Below, piece by piece: positions 1-12,950 of a stretch of DNA of 64,000 nucleotides. A program made the position numbers and the translations under genes. Every line of letters starts with the position of its first letter. Positions within the stretch are counted from its first letter, which is position 1. The notes under the pieces were generated by a model. That model ran no database searches. It was not told the DNA's origin and saw nothing but the letters and a program-made list of their open reading frames with translations. The stretch comes from Octopus sinensis (taxonomy: Eukaryota): contig NC_043000.1 of the NCBI RefSeq assembly GCF_006345805.1, positions 25,358,001 to 25,422,000 on the forward strand, written 5' to 3'.

Positions 1-101
1 ATATTTCCCTTGAGAGTGTCTCTCAAAATGTTTTGTGATGCATAAAAGTACGCATAACTATATCGTTGACAGACAAGAATCGTCTACTACGGCCTATAGA
101 A

Positions 102-148
102 CTGCCAGATCACGTAATTTCAACCTGCTACGGGTTCCTCAGTGGCAG
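102..148 (-). ncRNA. Minimal type I hammerhead ribozyme motif (Penelope/retrozyme type)
   Basis: Minus strand: stem I CUGCCA(148-143)/UGGCAG(107-102); core CUGAGGA(142-136); stem II ACC/GGU; one extra U; GAAA(121-118); self-complementary stem III AUUAC-GUGAU; AUC cleavage triplet (C108). Confidence 0.7.
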
Positions 149-501
149 ATGTCCGGCAGCGTCATAACAGCTGAATCTTCTATCAATGATTTATAAAATC
201 TCAGTTTCTGTTCAGGCACTGGTGTTGCAAATAGCCAGTGGGCTTATTAAAAGATAATTAATAGAGACAGAAACAGTATTAATGCCAAAAGATAATCTTG
301 ATTGCCAACTTAATGTGGAGGTTGTTCCGTGGTGCGTGGTGCATAAAAGCAAACACAAGATCATAGCACGGGAGATTCGGCTGTTATCGATCTACTGGAC
401 TTCTGTAACCAGCAATCGGTTCATCCGAGTTCGCATCCGCGGAATCCTTATCCATCGTTTACAACAACAGAGTTTAAGAGTTTAGGATGTGTGCGTGTAT
501 A

Positions 502-521
502 TGAGTGTGCATAAACGTGTG

Positions 522-555
<34 letters not shown>

Positions 556-590
556 TGCGTGCGTGCGTGCGTGCGTGCGTGTCTGTGTGT
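502..590. repeat. (GT)n/(GCGT)n microsatellite
   Basis: Direct reading. Confidence 0.95.
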
Positions 591-1695
591 ACATAGCAGT
601 CACTTCGACATCCGACATGTGGCACATGTACAGGCCATGTCGATTTGATGGAGAGAGGGAGTGGGCTGATGTACAACGCATACACTTGATCGCTCTAAAC
701 CATCTGTCTTGTCTGTCTAACAAGAAATTTCAGATCCCTCATCTGTCATTTACCATAGAAGAGTCCACTTGTAGGCTCTTAGTTCTTGCAATGCAGTCTT
801 CTTGACCACAGGGCCATGCCCGTCTGAAAATAAGACGGAATGGTCACGGTTGGAACATCTTTGAATATTTAGCAGATCAATATTTAGCTTGGACTGAACA
901 TCTAGTACAGTAATATTTAATGGGTCTTTCATTTTTCTTTAAGCCCATGTACTTTGATGAAAATTTAACTGCTATTTCAAGTAGCCACGTATAAGTCTCC
1001 CTTATTAGCTCGTATTGTTTCGTTACGTGGTGTTTCGTTACAAACTTAGTTATATCTTGCAAACCGAATCTCTCTTCTATTCAACTTTTAAAGTTAACAA
1101 GACGAATAAGATACATGAGCAACATGGCGGAATCGATCGATTTTTTTCTTGTTCAGTAACAGCAAAACGAATAGAAAATTGCTTGTTTAAATAAAAATAA
1201 AATGTGTTTGGAAGAAATAGCGTAGAACAAATTAATGTACAATTGTTTAATTTTGTATTTATTTATCTATTTATGTATTTATTTTCTTTGGAATTGCTTC
1301 GTAGCTTATTGACAAAGAAAATTAGGCGAACGGATTGCTTGTGATTTATTAGGCGATAGAAATCACAGTTGATTTCATTCCAAGAAGAGATTAGAGGCTG
1401 TTTTATCGAAGAAAGCAAAATCCCCATTGGAAATTATTATGAACGATTTTGTGAGAGCAGATAATTAAATACAGATTGTGTCGAAGAGTAATTGTTTGAT
1501 TGAAGAGAAAGATTTTATGATTTTAATTGCAACATAAATTATTCATGATAGATGTGGATATTAAACATTTTTAGTTCAGTTTAGATTTCTGAGATTAGGC
1601 ACTAGCTCTAACGATTATATAGGCAAAAGGGAAATATGGATTGGTGGATAGTCAAGATGTTATTGTTGCTGCTACTGTTACTGTTGCTGTTGTCT

Positions 1696-1976
1696 TTTCT
1701 TCTTCTTCTTCTTCTTCTTCTTCTTCTTCTTCTTCTTCTCTTCTTCTCCTTCCTCCTCCTCCTCCTCCTTCTTCTTCTTCTTCTCCTCCTCCTTCTCCTC
1801 CTTCTTCTTCTTCTTCTTCTTCTTCTTCTCCTACTACTCCTTCTTCTTCTTCTTCTTCTTCTTCTTCTCCTCCTTCTTCTTTTTCTCCTTCTTCTTCTTC
1901 TCCTCTTCTTCTTCTCCTCCTCCTCCTCCTCCTTCTTCTCCTCCTCCTCCTCCTTCTTCTTCTTCTTCTTCTTCTT
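1696..1976. repeat. (TTC)n/(TCC)n trinucleotide microsatellite
   Basis: Direct reading; source of the poly-L and poly-S ORFs. Confidence 0.95.
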
Positions 1977-2249
1977 TCAATCAGAACTCACGCCATTAGC
2001 CACAAAGAATAATCTCTAATTCGATCCTACTCTAAGCTACTAAGAATGCCTGAGGCAACTTGAAGATCCACCCACCACACACAATAGACTGGCGGTTGTA
2101 CGGACGCGAAAGCTATGTTGTTATCCTCATTCCGTAAACGGTGGCTTTTAACGGGTGGAGAGCTGAACCATCCTGGGGTACAGAGGATTCGCAATCTAGA
2201 CTAGGATCTGAAAGTTTACCACACCATAGTGGGTTACACCATGGTTCCT

Positions 2250-2458
2250 CTGCTTTGTGGCAGAAGTAGGAAGAAAGAGTGAGCGAAAGTTGTGGTGAAA
2301 GGGTACAGCGGGGTTCACGCCCCTACCCCTGCCGGAGCCTCGTGGAGCTTAGGTGATTTTTGCTCAATAAACACTCACAATGCCCGGTCTGGGAATCGAA
2401 ACCGCGTTCTTACGACCGCGAGTCCGCTGCCCTAACCACTGGGCCATTGCACCTCCAC
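2250..2458 (-). mobile_element. tRNA-derived SINE, head type 3 (GTGGAGGCGCAATGGCCCAGTGG...)
   Basis: Reverse complement matches copies at 27419, 48536 and 57437, including A-box TGGCCCAGTGG and B-box GGTTTCGATTCC. Confidence 0.8.
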
Positions 2459-3132
2459 TGTTGCTGTTGTTGCTGCTGCAGTTGTTGCTGCTGCAGTTGT
2501 TGTTGTTGATGTTGTTGTTGTTTTTTGTTTTTTAGCCCCAAGTTAGCGCTGATTAAGTAGACCAAAGGTACTCGAACCATGTCCATCCTTTCTTTCTTTC
2601 AGGCAATATACAACGAAGGCCATATCATACAATATGTTCTATATTTTTTTAAATATTAATGTACCAGTTGCAGGATTTAGGCTGCTAGTTCTTGAAAGTC
2701 GAGTGATCACGTGGATCCCTATCGCCCAGTGGTTCCAGAAAAGTAAACGGTGGGATCCAAGGAAACTTATGACGGTCTCAACCATCAATTAGTGAACAGA
2801 AACAGTTCACAGTTCAAAAGGGCAATAAATTGATTTTCCGCAGAGCAGGAAAACCATAATGTTCCAGACGGAACCTTTTGTGTTAATTTGTTGCTTTGGT
2901 ATAAAAGCCTTGGTTTATTTAAAGATCAGGAAAATTGAAAAGTTGTGTCGTTTATGCTCTTTAGAAGAGATACTGTTAGTAAAGTGGAAAAAAACTCTGG
3001 GGTAAGACAGATACAACATTCCATCACTTCTCCTTCACTTTATATATCTAAGTCTATGGTATCTCTCCTTATTTAAACTCTAATTAATATCACCCATTTT
3101 TTTAAATCCCAAATCGTCAGGAATATTAGGTA

Positions 3133-3931
3133 CTAGCAGCATAGCCCGGCGTTGCCCGGGTATGTAAGAGTCCCTAGTAGGCAACGACTAATCCCAATCT
3201 AGTCCTTTCCCTCTAGGCGCATGTGTAGGTTGCAATGTCTTCTCTTCACTTCCAAATAACTATCAAACAGCTATCGATAATTCAACCCAACCAATTCCTA
3301 CCAGGAAGAAATTACATTCGAGACTTTACCCCCACTTCTGCTAATAGCTGCTGCAGCCGCAAGTTATTCGAATACTTTTTTTGTTTACACTTTCTTTATA
3401 ACTACCACCCCAAACGTTTTACCTTAAATTTTTGCCGTACCCTAAAGGTCCTCGGACGCTACTTGCAAACTCTTGGTTTATTATAAACCACTTTTGTCGT
3501 GTGCACCAAAAAACCTTTTCCATTCGTTTGTTCAGTTTGGTCACTTTTAACTTTTTCGTTGTTGTCACTCACATTGCTGCCCGCTTTTTTGCCGTTTTTT
3601 GTACATTTTTGTACATTTTTATACATTTTGGGATACTTACCCCACGTGTTCCGAGAGTTAAAAAGGTCGAGTTGCGTCCCCTAGATGGTCTGTAGAAAAT
3701 GTGTTGCATATAAAAAGCTTAGATTCTCGACCCATGTCGAATTTATCGAATTTTTTTTCAGAACTGGGGGAACTTTTCAAAATTTTCGCTGCGTTAGTTT
3801 TGAATTATGACATTGGGCTATGTGTGTGTCAAGTTTCATCAGAATCGGTTGAAAGCCGTGGTCAGGGTGAGGGTACAACCTGACAGACACAGACACACAG
3901 ACAGACAAACTGCCGTTTATATATAGAGAGA
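3133..3931 (-). mobile_element. Non-autonomous Helitron, family A
   Basis: On the minus strand: 5' A|TC, internal (TGTC)n microsatellite, 3' hairpin CCCGG-GCAACG-CCGGG followed by CTAG|T; no TSD. Confidence 0.8.
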
Positions 3932-3999
3932 TAATTATTTCTTTAAAGCCAAAACAATGCAAGTTATAAGAGGTTGATAACACCAGTCGGTGGTTTGTA

Positions 4000-5240
4000 C
4001 TTTTACCTGGTATTTGAATATTTCAAGCTTGGAACTTCTTTTTCAGGATATCTTGGAAGAAGGTGTTGCTCTCTGTTCTGTAGAGTGTGTTTATGAAGGC
4101 TTTGTTTTACTGTAGTAGCCGATCAGCTGCATCCAGTTCGGATCTGTTGTGACTAAGTTAATTAAAATTGCGTCTTTTATCCTCGAGTTCCCAATTTTTC
4201 TTTGTGTAGTTCAACAGAAACCTGGATATCTTGAGTATGGCATTTCTATAGGTGCTTTTTTAAATACTTTTGGCAGAAGAAGCGTTAGCATAAAAGTCTT
4301 CATTAACCTGTATGTGTACCTGTCCGGTAATGTTTCCGATGTACATTTCATTACATTTGCTACGAGTGATTTTATACGCGACAAAGGACTGCGAACATAT
4401 ATTTTTCATCTTTGATCAGTATGTTCGGCAATGTACATATGATTTTCTATTGGCTTGTTTTAGTTGGGATCTCCCGCAGGGAAGGCCCGGACTATACCAA
4501 TCGCAAATTCAGTCCCTCCTTACAGATTGCAACAGTTGTTATTTCGTTAAAATGTAGCAGTTCCAAAAACACTGTGTGGGTTTTGTTAGGTGGTCTGGTG
4601 ATGTCCTATAGAGTCTAAAGAGCCATTCTCCATCAGGACTTTCACAATTGTATGGTGTTGGTGATTTTGCTTCCTTCCTTTCTGTATTTACTGAGTATCC
4701 CGAAAATCTCAGTTCTAACATAGCTCGTCTTAGCTCTGATGGGAACAGATTAATTATAATGTACAAATAGGCCCCTGCATGATGCTTTTCAGTAAAATTT
4801 AGTGTAGATGCATCTGTTCTCTATGATTTTGAGTTCGAAATCAAGCAGAGATAAGGAACTGGTTTTATCAGGATGCTCCATTTCAAATTTTATGTTCAGT
4901 GATATTACTGGACATATTGTATGTTTTAACAGCCTCCTCACGAGATGATGCTAATATGAGGATGTTATTCACATACCTGGCAAAAAAGGGACAGAAGTGC
5001 GTTCTAACTAGCCCATGTATGATCAGTGGTCCAGACAAGCTTGATTCCATCGGCAGAGATTTGTTTGCAAATGGACCCCCTGTACTGGAAGGTGTTGTCC
5101 ATTATAGTAGTTAACAGTTGATATCTGGAGCTGTGAGCCCAAAGCAGATAAGATTGTGAGAGGGTGCAATAGAGGATGCAATGTGTGAAGTTAGTTAGTT
5201 GATAGCTGGGGCGCTGCTGAGACGGAGCTTTGCAAGGAAG
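4000..5240 (-). pseudogene. Decayed Penelope-like retroelement (RT + GIY-YIG endonuclease)
   Basis: Minus-strand translation across frameshifts gives DNTFQYRG, PMESSLSGPL, RYVNNIL (YVDD-like), FEMEHPD..SLSLLDF and a GIY-YIG-like VAYKITRSKCNEMYIG near 4330-4400. Confidence 0.8.
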
Positions 5241-5417
5241 AAAAAACTTTAGTGCTAAAAGTTTAGTTATTTTTATCTTTAATTATGAATTGGTTGAGAT
5301 CTCTCAGTTTGTTGATGATTTCGATGGAGTTTCCAATATGCTCTGGGAAGGTTTGAAGCAAAGGCTTGAGAATATAAAGTAGAAGCCTAGAAACTTTATA
5401 GAAGGGTCTGTTAATAC

Positions 5418-5830
5418 TTGGCAGACACCCATAAAATTATTAACCATCTTACCAACAATAACTCTGAGCACCTTTTCAAACTCCATCTGTCTAACACCCG
5501 TGGACATGTTTACAAAGTCAGAAAACAGCACAGCTCCCATGACTTTCGGAAACATTTTTTCACACTAAGAGTTGCTGAAGCATGGAACAAACTGCTGGCA
5601 TCAGTTGTTAGTTGTCAGAGCACTGCATCCTTCAAAACTTCCATGCTTCCTGAGATTCGCCAACACTACACCTGATTTTCTCCCCTCCATACACACACAA
5701 GCATGTATCTGACTCATACACTGTTCGCTTTCCAGACATTTGTACATTATTGCATATGCTTTATACGCACTTTTGACAAGTTGTGGTGCACCTGAGCACT
5801 GTATACAATAATTTCATTATTATATTATTA
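5418..5830 (+). mobile_element. CR1-type LINE, 3' end
   Basis: NTRGHVYKVRK...RKHFFTLRVAEAWNKL...VV...S..FK is the typical CR1 ORF2 C-terminus; a 3' UTR and (ATT)n tail follow. Confidence 0.85.
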
Positions 5831-5957
5831 TACTGGTGACAGTGGGTCTAATTCTTAATTTTGGTCCCAGTTTATATGTTTTTAAGGTGATAGAATGTAG
5901 GGAGTATGCTGTTTCTAACGAAGTTGCGCTTAAATCTTGTTCGAGAGATCTTTCGCT

Positions 5958-6115
5958 TTCTCTCTCCTCTCTCTCTCTCTCCTCTCTCTCTCTCTTTCTC
6001 TCTCTCTCTTTCTCTCTCTCTCCCTCTTTCACTCCCCAGCTCTCCCTCTTCTCTCACTTTTCTGCCTCTGTCTTTCTCTCTCTCTTGCTCTTTCTCCCTC
6101 TCCTTCTCTATCTAT

Positions 6116-6181
<66 letters not shown>

Positions 6182-6205
6182 CTATCTCTATCTCTCACAC
6201 ACATA
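5958..6205. repeat. (CT)n and (TCTA)n microsatellites
   Basis: Direct reading. Confidence 0.95.
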
Positions 6206-6982
6206 CACACATCACAGATGTTCGTGCAGCAGGTGTTTATGGTAGCTTCGAGCCGGTAAGAAGTGATTCTGTTGGCTTTTCCATATAACAAAGAGTTGTT
6301 TCGGTGCTCGAATGCCAGTTCTTCGTATTTATTCTTATCTATATCATTATGGTTTACGAGATTCCGTCTTCCTTTTTTCTTGCACTGCGCAACGCACTGA
6401 ACACAACCAGAGAGCGAATCTAATTTCATGTTAATGTTTTTCCAACTTCGAAATTATTCGCTACGGTTCACACACACACACACATTTTGTGATTAAGAAC
6501 GTCATCATATATATATTTATATTCACCGACGTCGATGGGTAAAAAGTTTAGATTAAACAATAAGAGAAGACAAGAAAGGAAACATCAAAAGTTTGTTACG
6601 AAAAAACAAAAAAGAAGAAAGACAAAGAGCAATAGAAACAGATGAAGTCATCGTTGTTCGTGTTGTTGTTGTTGTTGTTGTTGCTTTGTCTTATGTCTGT
6701 CCTGATCGAGAAGACTACAAAGACCAAACAACACAGACTTGCAAACGCGGAAAACTGTATTATTTTGGTTTTGTAATAATCGACTTGAGATCTGGCAGAT
6801 ACGCGCGCGCGATTATAGGTACATACGGACACATCACACACACATACACACACACACACATACACAAACACACACACAAACACACACACACACGAGCGCG
6901 CGCGCGCGCATACACACACACACACACACACATATTAACGGCGGTGCATCGGCATGGCCGCAGCTCTGAGCTGAAACAAGCA

Positions 6983-7028
<46 letters not shown>

Positions 7029-7609
7029 CACATACATACACACACATAAACATATACACAAACATACACACGCACACATATATATATTTACACACATACA
7101 CACAAATATATGTATATATATAAATATGTATGTATATAAATATATATAAACACACAACACACACTCAAACACAGGCGCGCACACTCACATATACATACAT
7201 ACACACAAACATATACACACATACACATATACATACATACATACACACACACATACATATACATATATAAAACATGATAATTTTCTTTATTGATCATATA
7301 TTGTTATGTAGGAAAAAGCAAAAAATATAAATGAAACAAGAGACGTACGATCACTCGCATGTACAGACGGACACATAGAGAAAGAGACGTCGGCACAATT
7401 GCGCTCTTGCGAGCACAGATGGATGAACACAGACGCAGACATTAACGTAGAAGTAGTTTTTTTTTCAAAAAATATATTTCAGAAACATGTCAGCCATTCC
7501 ACGCTCAGAGTTAGACACATGCAACCATATACACATATACACACACACGTGTGTGTATGTGTCTGTGTATTTCCGTGTATGCATACATACATATTTAAAC
7601 GTATACATA

Positions 7610-7819
7610 CTCTTTTAATCTTTTACTTGTTTCAGTCCTTTGACTGCGGCCATGCTGGAGCACCGCCTTTAACCGAGCAACTCGACCCCGGGACTTATTC
7701 TTTTGTAAGCCAAGTACTTATTCTATCGGTCTCTTTTGCCGAACCGCTAAGTAACGGGGACATAAACACACCAGCATCGGTTGTCAAGCAATGCTAGGGG
7801 GACAAACACAGACACACAA

Positions 7820-7911
<92 letters not shown>

Positions 7912-8068
7912 CGACAGGCTTCTTTCAGTTTCCGTCTACCAAATCCACTCGCAAGGCATTGGTCTGCCCGGGGCTATAGCAGAAGACACTTGCCCAAGAT
8001 GCCACGCAGTGTGACTGAACCCGGAACCATGTGGTTGGTAAGCAAGCTACTTACCACACAGCCACTCT
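7610..8068 (-). mobile_element. CORE-type tRNA SINE with internal microsatellite (most abundant family here)
   Basis: Head GAGTGGCTGTGTGGTAAG..GGTTCCGGGTTCAGTC; core CTTGGGCAAGTGTCTTCT; tail GCGGTGCTCCAGCATGGCCGCAGTC..GAAACAAGTAAAAGA; more than 15 copies in the window. Confidence 0.9.
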
Positions 8069-8105
8069 GATTACTTTTTTTAGAAAAAAAAAACGATTGT
8101 CTGTG

Positions 8106-8172
8106 ACTTCGAAGTTTCAGCTTGTTCGCTGTCTGATGAGGGCAATGTATCCTAAACTTCGAAGTCACTGTC
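8106..8172 (+). ncRNA. Degenerate minimal hammerhead motif (same family as 38720)
   Basis: CUGAUGA(8133-8139)-GGG..UCC-UAAAC (G12 to U)-UUCGAA-GUC; palindrome ACTTCGAAGT duplicated upstream at 8106. Confidence 0.55.
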
Positions 8173-8274
8173 AACTGTTCCCTTGCAAAGATTAATATGT
8201 ACTCGACTAAAAAGTATTCGGAGACGTTTGATGTTAAATTGCTGTTATATATAACTTGACAACAAGAAGCAAAT

Positions 8275-8489
8275 ATATGGCGGTGTGATAAGAAGCTTGC
8301 ATCCCAGCCACCGGGTTTAGTCCCACTGCGTGGCACCTTGGTCGAGTGTCTTCTACTATAGCCTCAGGCTGACCAAAACCCTGTTAGTAAATTTGGTAAA
8401 CGGAAACTGAAAGAAGACCGTCGTATAGACGTATGTGTGTGCGTGTTTGTGTGTGTGTGTGTGCATGTGTGTGTGTATATGTATATATT

Positions 8490-8520
<31 letters not shown>

Positions 8521-8730
8521 CTGTTTTTGTCCCCCCCCTCCATCGCTTGACAACTGATATTAGTATGTCCCCCGTAACTTAGCGGTTCGGCAAAAGAGGC
8601 CGATAGAATACGTACTAGGCATACAAAGAATAAGCCTTGGGGTCGGTTTCTTTGACTAAAGTCCTTTAAGGCGGTGCTCCAGCATGACCGCAGTCAAATG
8701 ACTCAAACAAGTAAAAAAAATAAAGAATAT
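8275..8730 (+). mobile_element. CORE-type tRNA SINE
   Basis: Same head, core and tail as 7610-8068. Confidence 0.85.
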
Positions 8731-8789
8731 GTGTGTGTGTATGTATGTATGTATGTATTTATGTATGTATGTATGTATTATGTATGTAT

Positions 8790-8821
<32 letters not shown>

Positions 8822-8948
8822 TGTATGTATGTATGTAGAGTTTCGTAGACTCGTTATGAGAACCTAGTTTGTCAGGCTTTCCTGAATGTGTTGAAGTTGG
8901 GTGCCTCCTTCTTTCTCTATTCTAGAAATTACTAATACTTTACACATG

Positions 8949-9290
8949 TATTCCTGAGCGTTATACTAATACATCTGTTTGTTTTGTACACCACCTGTCT
9001 TCGTCTTTAGTTTTTTTCGTAAACTCTCCCTATATATATCACACGCTCACGTGGTCGCACTTGTTGATCCTATCTTTTTTCACCACTTCGAACTTCTCCC
9101 CTGGACTCTTTCTCCTTGTTTCTCTCCTTGTTTTTTCTGTGTCCCTTTCTGTAGAAGAGCGTAGGCTCGAAACGTAAAAGACTTTTTCTATTCCTGAGCG
9201 TTATACTAATAAATATGTTTGTTTTGTACACCACCTGTCTTCGTCTTTTGTTTTGTTCTTTTTCGTAAACTCTCCCTATATATATATATA
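8949..9290 (+). mobile_element. Penelope-like pLTR remnant with ~90-bp direct repeat and hammerhead-like motif
   Basis: TATTCCTGAGCGTTATACTAAT...AAACTCTCCCTATATAT at 8949-9038 and 9189-9285; CUGUAGAA-GAGC-GUAG-GCUC-GAAAC-GUA at 9149-9176; homologues at 43480-43690 and 47430-47560. Confidence 0.65.
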
Positions 9291-9555
9291 TATATATAAT
9301 CAGAACTGTTTAAAATATATAAATAGACATATAATGTCTAACAGCTGATGAATACTACCTCTGGATCTCTCCATTTTCTTCTTGCCATATAAATTAAGGG
9401 TAAAACCACTCATTACCTTTGCCCAGTTATTATACTCAGTAGAGTAATTGTCACGTAATAACCAACACTTGTGTATTAATTAGGTACTCTACTAACAGTA
9501 TATTGGATAGATACTATCCCTTAGTTGGTTGGATTCACAAACTCTGTCACTGAAT

Positions 9556-9640
<85 letters not shown>

Positions 9641-10026
9641 GTGTGTTTGTGTATGTGTGTGTGTATATGTATGTGTGTATGTATGTGCGTGCTGAAAGAA
9701 AGAGAGAAAGAAATATCTCATTAATGGGTGAGAGAAATATTTCGATAAATGCAAATACGAAGAATCGAAATAATAATCTTCGATTTTCAACCCGTTGACC
9801 CGCTGAAATAAATAGATTTCGTGTACAATATCTCCGTTCGACTTAGTCAATTTTAGTCAGATTAAAAGAAAACCCAATTTCAGGCGCTGCTTAATACAAG
9901 TTTCCAAGTACATAATCCGCTCTGTCTGCTCTCTGGTTGAAAGTTCATCCTGATACATCACCTTTTTATCTCTCTAGTCGAACAGAAATTACATATTCTA
10001 AGGAATCATGAAGGATATATATATAT

Positions 10027-10097
<71 letters not shown>

Positions 10098-10150
10098 CAT
10101 GCATACATATAATATAAATATAAATATACATATAAATATAAATATACATA

Positions 10151-10186
<36 letters not shown>

Positions 10187-10460
10187 TGTATGTATGTATG
10201 TATGTATGCATGTATGTATGTATGTATGTATATATGTATGTATGTGTATGTATGTATATATATGTATGGAAGTATGAATGTATGTATATATATATATATT
10301 GTATGTATGTATATATGTATATATATATATGTGTGTGTGTGTATACACTTATATTGATTGACGGATGGAAAGTTGGATAAATATATATACATACACATAC
10401 ACACACATGCACACACACTCATATGTGTATATAATATATACGTGTGTTTATATATATAAT

Positions 10461-10501
<41 letters not shown>

Positions 10502-10526
10502 TATTATATATATATATATATTATAT

Positions 10527-10580
<54 letters not shown>

Positions 10581-10974
10581 AACAAACACATATACATAGA
10601 TACATACATCGATCAATGATCGACCAGATCATAAGTCGAATAAGTACTCAACGGTTATTGATGCAGAGTTGATATTTCTTTTAATAATTGCGCGAGGACT
10701 TACACCTGTATTTGTGTGTTTTGTTCTTTGAAGAGATAAAAACATCTACTGAAAAAATTGTATAACTATAAAATATCACCCAGACGAGAAGATGAAGGAG
10801 GAGGAGGGGAGAGGAGGAGGAGGCGGAGAAGAAGAAGAAGAAGAAGAAGAAGAAGAAGAAGAAGAAGAAGAAGAAGAAGAAGAAGAAGAAGAAGAAGAAG
10901 AAGAAGAAGAAGAAGAAGAAGAAGAAGAAGAAACCTCTTTCTAATATAAGCACACGTACACACACACATACATA

Positions 10975-11125
10975 TAGGGCAAGGGGTTAGTCGATTACAT
11001 CGACCCCAGTCCTCAACTGGTACTTGTTTCATCGAACTTGAAATGACGAAAAGCAAAGTCGACCTCCGTGGCATTTGAACTCAAAATGTAAAGACAGACG
11101 AAAAGCCGCTAACCATCTTACCCAA
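10975..11125 (-). mobile_element. tRNA/Meta(MESC)-like SINE fragment
   Basis: Reverse complement contains GAGTTCAAAT..GGAGGTCGACTTTGCTTTTCGTC..GTACCAG..TGGGGTCGATGTAATCGACT. Confidence 0.7.
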
Positions 11126-11134
11126 TAATAAGGA

Positions 11135-11630
11135 TAGTAGTTATCATGTACATTATTTTGTCTTGGTATAAAAGATGGCCTACAGCAAATATTCTACTCC
11201 ATACCACAGATTTGTTTGTCAGTTATTTGACCTTAGCCAGTTGAGCATGTCCCTTAGTGGCTGACGGCATGTGCATCTCTGATCACGAGCAGAAGTAGTG
11301 AAGAAGCATCATAGCCATGTGTTGAGAAGAATTCTATGGGGTTTGGATAATTCACCTCTGAAAACATGGGTGTTTCGTTCGACATCCTTAAACAACCCTT
11401 ATTCAGAGATCTTTTGTGCGGGATGGGCTACTTGACCTGAAAAAATTCTAACTGGGCCCCATCTGCAAGGTCATATGCTGTTTATTTTTTTATATAAGAT
11501 CACCATGTCACGTATATATGGTTGTGATGCATGTGCCTGGTGTACCCTTATCAGACGGGTAGGCATAATGGGTATACTGGGCTTCGTATATTTTACCCCA
11601 GTGTCACTTTGATGGCATGCGCTGCTGTGA
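11135..11630. repeat. Unclassified interspersed repeat, partly duplicated at 12355-12520
   Basis: 11343-11548 is near-identical to 12355-12520 apart from a ~40-bp deletion. Confidence 0.6.
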
Positions 11631-11639
11631 TACCAATAG

Positions 11640-11894
11640 TAATTGGTACATTGTAGTCACGATGCTAATAGTAATTGGTGCAATTGGAAGTATCAGCAGT
11701 CAGCTACCAACATGGCTGAAAAAGATCGGTGCAAGTGTGAAGGTAGAACACCTACAAAAATCAGCATTGCTTGGACCTGCAAGAATTCTTCGCAGGGTTC
11801 TTGAAGAATGACTAGTAAACAAGTGTCACCTTAATCTACTGGCTGTGAACAGCTGACACTTTCCATCATACGCAGCAAAATAAGCTGAATTTTC

Positions 11895-11947
<53 letters not shown>
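11640..11947 (+). mobile_element. R4/Dong-type (RLE) LINE, 3' end
   Basis: VIGAIG...LQKSALLGPARILRRVLE* is the R4/Dong C-terminal motif; followed by a short UTR and (AAT)n. Confidence 0.8.
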
Positions 11948-12150
11948 GTTTCGGATTTTGGCACAAGGCCTGGAATTTTGTGGGAGGAGTAAAATCGATT
12001 ACATTAGACCCCAGTGTCCAACTGGTACTTATTTTATTGACATCAGAAAGGATAAAAAGCTAAGTCAACCTCGGCGAAATTTAAGCTCACATAGACGAAA
12101 CGCCGCTATGCCTTATGTCCGGCGTGCCAACGATTCTGCCATCTCGCTGC
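11948..12150 (-). mobile_element. tRNA/Meta-like SINE with GGCCTTGTGCC-type tail
   Basis: Head GCAGCGAGATGGCAGAATCG; core GAGGTTGACTTAGC..GTACCAG; tail ending in (ATT)n. Confidence 0.7.
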
Positions 12151-12629
12151 TTTTAATCTAGTTAATATAACAATATCTTTGACATCGTTATAAGACAGGC
12201 ATATTTATACATTCATACTCGTTTATCACGGGTGTTTTTGGTTCCAGGAAAAAACCATCGTGTTTATGGAATCAGTGATATCAAAAGACATAGGAGAAAT
12301 AGATTTCGTTCTCAGACACAAAGTTGTTCCCCTAATTTACCAAAATAACATCAGTTGGATAATTCACCTCTGAAAACATGGAGATCTTTTGTGCGGGATG
12401 GGCTACTTGACCTGAAAAAATTCTAACTGGGCCCCATCTGCAAGGTCATATGCTGTTTATTTTTATATAAGATCACCATGTCACGTATATATGGTTGTGA
12501 TGCATGTGCCTGGTGTACCCATGGCTGGAATAATATTTAGAGTAAAACGTAATTATAATAAGATATGGTCCGTAAGTAATAAAAATATAACTGAAAAATA
12601 CATTTTACGTTCACTGTATCAAGTATTCT

Positions 12630-12950
12630 TTGCTTGTTTCAGTCATTAGATTGCGGCTATTCTGGAGCAATGCGTTCTTGCCGAATAAATCGACCCCAGT
12701 GCTTTTTTTTTTAAAGATTGGTACTTATTCTACCGATTTCTTTTTCCGATCTGCTAAGTTACAGAGACGTAAACACACCAACATCGGTTGTCAAACGGTG
12801 GAGAGGACAAATACAGACACAAAGACACACATATACATACACACACGTACGCACACACACACACATACACACACAGACACACACACAGAGGCACACAGAC
12901 AAACACACACGCGCACGCACACATACACGCACGCATACACACACGCACAC
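12630..12950 (-). mobile_element. CORE-type SINE, 3' half
   Basis: GTTTCAGTCATTAGATTGCGGC.., GTAAACACACCAACATCGGTTGTCAA. Confidence 0.75.
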
